Below, one piece after another: positions 62,213 through 64,000 of a stretch of DNA of 64,000 nucleotides (position 1 is the first letter of the stretch; each line of letters starts with the position of its first letter). The notes under the pieces were generated by a model that made no database searches, had not been told where the DNA came from, and saw nothing but the letters and a program-made list of their open reading frames with translations. Position numbers and translations under genes: made by a program. The stretch spans positions 37,574,001-37,638,000 of the forward strand of contig OZ076409.1 of the NCBI GenBank assembly GCA_964187785.1. Direction: 5' to 3'. This DNA comes from Amphiscolops sp. MND2022. Lineage: Eukaryota.

Positions 62213-62408
62213 GTGTGAGAAGATGAAGTTTGGGGCAGCGATCACCACACCTGAGATCCAGGCCAGGGCGAGAAGCACTCGGGTCTTGTACTTGGAGCGA
62301 TGACTGAACGAGTGTGGCTTCGTCACTGCCAACATGCGGTCGTAACACATCAGAGTGATGGCCACCACACTGGCATGGTTAGTGGCCACGTCCAGGGCAT
62401 TGAACAAC
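62213..62408 (-). CDS. Class A (rhodopsin-like, probably peptide) GPCR exon: TM3, ICL2, TM4; TM1-TM2 exons not found in window
   Basis: LFNALDVATNHASVVAITLMCYDRMLAVTKP...LAWISGVVIAAPNFIF (DRY-type DRM, TM4 W and P). Acceptor TTTGTGTTCAAG, donor CAC|GTGAGT. Confidence 0.9.
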
Positions 62409-62443
62409 CTTGAACACAAAAAGGTAGTTGCAAAAGATACGTA

Positions 62444-62728
62444 CCCAGCGTTTGACATTAAAATCCTTAGTAAGATCTTGACAACATTATGAACGACAAT
62501 AGAAATCCTGCCGAGAAACTCGGGAAGATTTCTAGAAGTCACCAGGGTCCAATGGGAAAACTGAAATGAAAAACTGCCCGGAGAAAAAATCCCGAGACCT
62601 TGTCAAGAAATACAGGAAAGCGGGAAAGTTGCCAAAAAATCCAAGACACCAGGAATCTCGCCAAGATTGCCAAGATAATCGGGAAATAGCCAGTATCTTG
62701 CCAAGATTCTAAAATCTCGAAAGCTGGG
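62444..62728. mobile_element. Small CCC..GGG MITE just upstream of the GPCR acceptor
   Basis: CCCAGCGTTTGACATT / AATCTCGAAAGCTGGG imperfect TIR; GCCAAGAT repeats. Confidence 0.55.
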
Positions 62729-63449
62729 TGAATGTCTTCTAGAATGATTTGAAATCTGATCACGAGACTTCTATTAAACGATATGCAAGCATACGTTACA
62801 ACCCAAGCTTCAACAATAAATAGCAATGTTAGGAAGAAACAAAAAACAAGCAATGTCAACAAGATTAGAATGTTCAATGTCATCATCTTGTTTAGGACTC
62901 GAAAAGCTGAAGTGGTTTGAATAACTTAATGATTTTTGTCCAGAGCAAAAGAAACTTTTGAAGTTCAAAAAATTTCTCCCCTGTCAACATTTGAAAAACA
63001 AAAAGCGATAACTTTTGACGACATGAACGATTTTCGAGAAAAATTTTCACAGTGCAAAAAGTACTCCAAAGAGCGACCCTTTGATGTCACATGGTTTTGT
63101 AAATCACATAATGAAGTGGAAGATTCGAAGGGAGACCTCTCTTGCAATGCCTGAAACCTAATGCATAAGGTCTGTGAAATGAAGATCATCCGAAGTGACT
63201 TCTGTGGTCTCGAGAACAGAGGTGAATGTCGGCACACTTTGTTGCAAACTGCACTCTCAATGCTTTTTTTCAAAGCTCGTAAAATTTGATCGAACTTTTT
63301 GTTTTGTCAGAACAAAAGTTGAATTAGTGATGATTTTTTGTGACAAAGCAGTGACAAAAAGTATCTTCAGGAAAAATTGCAATTCAACAATCGAAGGGTT
63401 TAAAAATCTTTCGTCTGTCTTGAAGCTTAAATCAGTTTTGCAAAACTGG

Positions 63450-63750
63450 ACAACTCATATCGAACGAAAACTCAATAAAAAAGAACTTGAAATAACTAAG
63501 TTGAGTCAAAATCCAACTAGATCCGGGATCGAATATCGAACACAAATTCGCATTGGTCCTCATGATATTTTTCCTTTTGCCTCTCAAAGCTATGAGCGCT
63601 ATACGAATGATGGTAAAAGAGATCCGCTTTCGGATGAACGTGCAATCGTTTGAAAATGCAACAACTGTGAAAAAGCGAGACTTCATGTCCACATTCAATT
63701 GACATACAAGCGCAATGATAAACGAATCGGGCACCTAAGTGATGTTAATG
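63450..63750 (-). pseudogene. Very decayed non-LTR RT fragment
   Basis: NIT*VPDSFIIALV...AFSNDCTF...NIMRTNANLCSI has the spacing of VTSGVPQGSILGP...FADD...NxMxxNxxKC. Confidence 0.3.
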
Positions 63751-64000
63751 TTCGGAACACTCTATTTTTTAGCTCTTATCTATACCCTTTATTAGGAGGA
63801 ATACGTTTCATAAAATGATCTTTACATTTAAGCTAGCTTACAATCGTGTGAGTTTAAAAATTCTGTGACAGAAAATGTCAAAAATAATTTGTAACACCTC
63901 CGTATGTATTTATGATACCAAGATTTTGATTTCATGTACTTTAGAAACAATTACTATATTAATAACAAGGTTTCCATTCATCGTCCATTGCATTGGTGTC

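Noticed and set aside
62171..62542. Full 123-aa track ORF as GPCR N-terminus
   Set aside because: Only 62213-62408 is exon; the upstream part is intron and MITE sequence read through in frame.

Overview
Eukaryotic, AT-rich, repeat-dense animal genomic DNA (spliced genes, TMEM138, a class A GPCR; the species cannot be fixed from the sequence alone). The first ~11.3 kb is the 3' part of a large, mildly decayed Ty3/Gypsy-type retroelement with a complex, virus-like gene set on the + strand. Pol (RNase H then integrase, two premature stops) is followed by a ~410-codon Pro/Ser/Thr-rich ORF that the ORF track truncates and that carries PSAP and LYPxL budding-type motifs. Next come a ~900-aa envelope glycoprotein resembling chuvirus/Monjiviricetes-type class III fusogens (two compensating frameshifts), two orphan ORFs (447 and 150 aa) and a long 3' non-coding region. 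The rest of the window holds a two-exon TMEM138 gene (+), five 3' exons of a rhodopsin-like GPCR (-), a 200-N gap and a near-perfect 5.6-kb tandem duplication with a templated junction. It also holds many non-autonomous DNA transposons (CCC..GGG/2-bp-TSD families, GG..CC/8-bp-TSD family, nested foldbacks) and LINE, gag and possible hAT relics. The envelope-bearing retroelement is the best candidate for an undescribed system.
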